From Octopus vulgaris (taxonomy: Eukaryota), in contig OX597815.1 of assembly GCA_951406725.2 (NCBI GenBank), forward strand, positions 118,296,001 through 118,360,000: 64,000 bases of DNA, read 5' to 3'. Each line of letters begins with the position of its first letter. Positions within the stretch are counted from its first letter, which is position 1. A program made the position numbers and the translations under genes. A model generated the notes under the pieces. It had not been told where the DNA came from. It saw nothing but the letters and a program-made list of their open reading frames with translations, and made no database searches. Below, piece after piece: positions 63,971 to 64,000 of this stretch.

Positions 63971-64000
63971 TATATACACGTATACATACATACATACATA

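Overview
AT-rich, microsatellite-dense eukaryotic intergenic or intronic DNA. The SINE, LINE and (TA)n/(CA)n/(TATG)n/(TAA)n make-up suggests a coleoid cephalopod such as octopus; this is an inference from repeat content. No intact host gene is evident, and most short ORFs in the track are translated microsatellites. The window is a mosaic of retroelement fragments (RTE, Tx1/L1, R4/Dong RLE-type, CR1-like, Penelope-like), several tRNA-derived SINE families, non-autonomous Helitrons, mariner, Tigger and hAT remnants, and many fold-back inverted repeats. The most notable signal is a set of small non-coding cassettes that sit mostly in (TA)n tracts and carry type I hammerhead-ribozyme motifs, terminal redundancy, circular permutation or long inversions. 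The best example is a 354-nt unit at 27367-27789 with an intact hammerhead and about 70 nt of terminal redundancy. These look like retrozyme or Penelope-mobilised RNAs, possibly circular, and occur alongside degenerate Penelope RT/GIY-YIG elements. A second signal is a SINE subfamily that shares its 3' tail with a Tx1 LINE, with both apparently landing at the same site inside a related SINE. Coordinates and identities were read by eye and are approximate.
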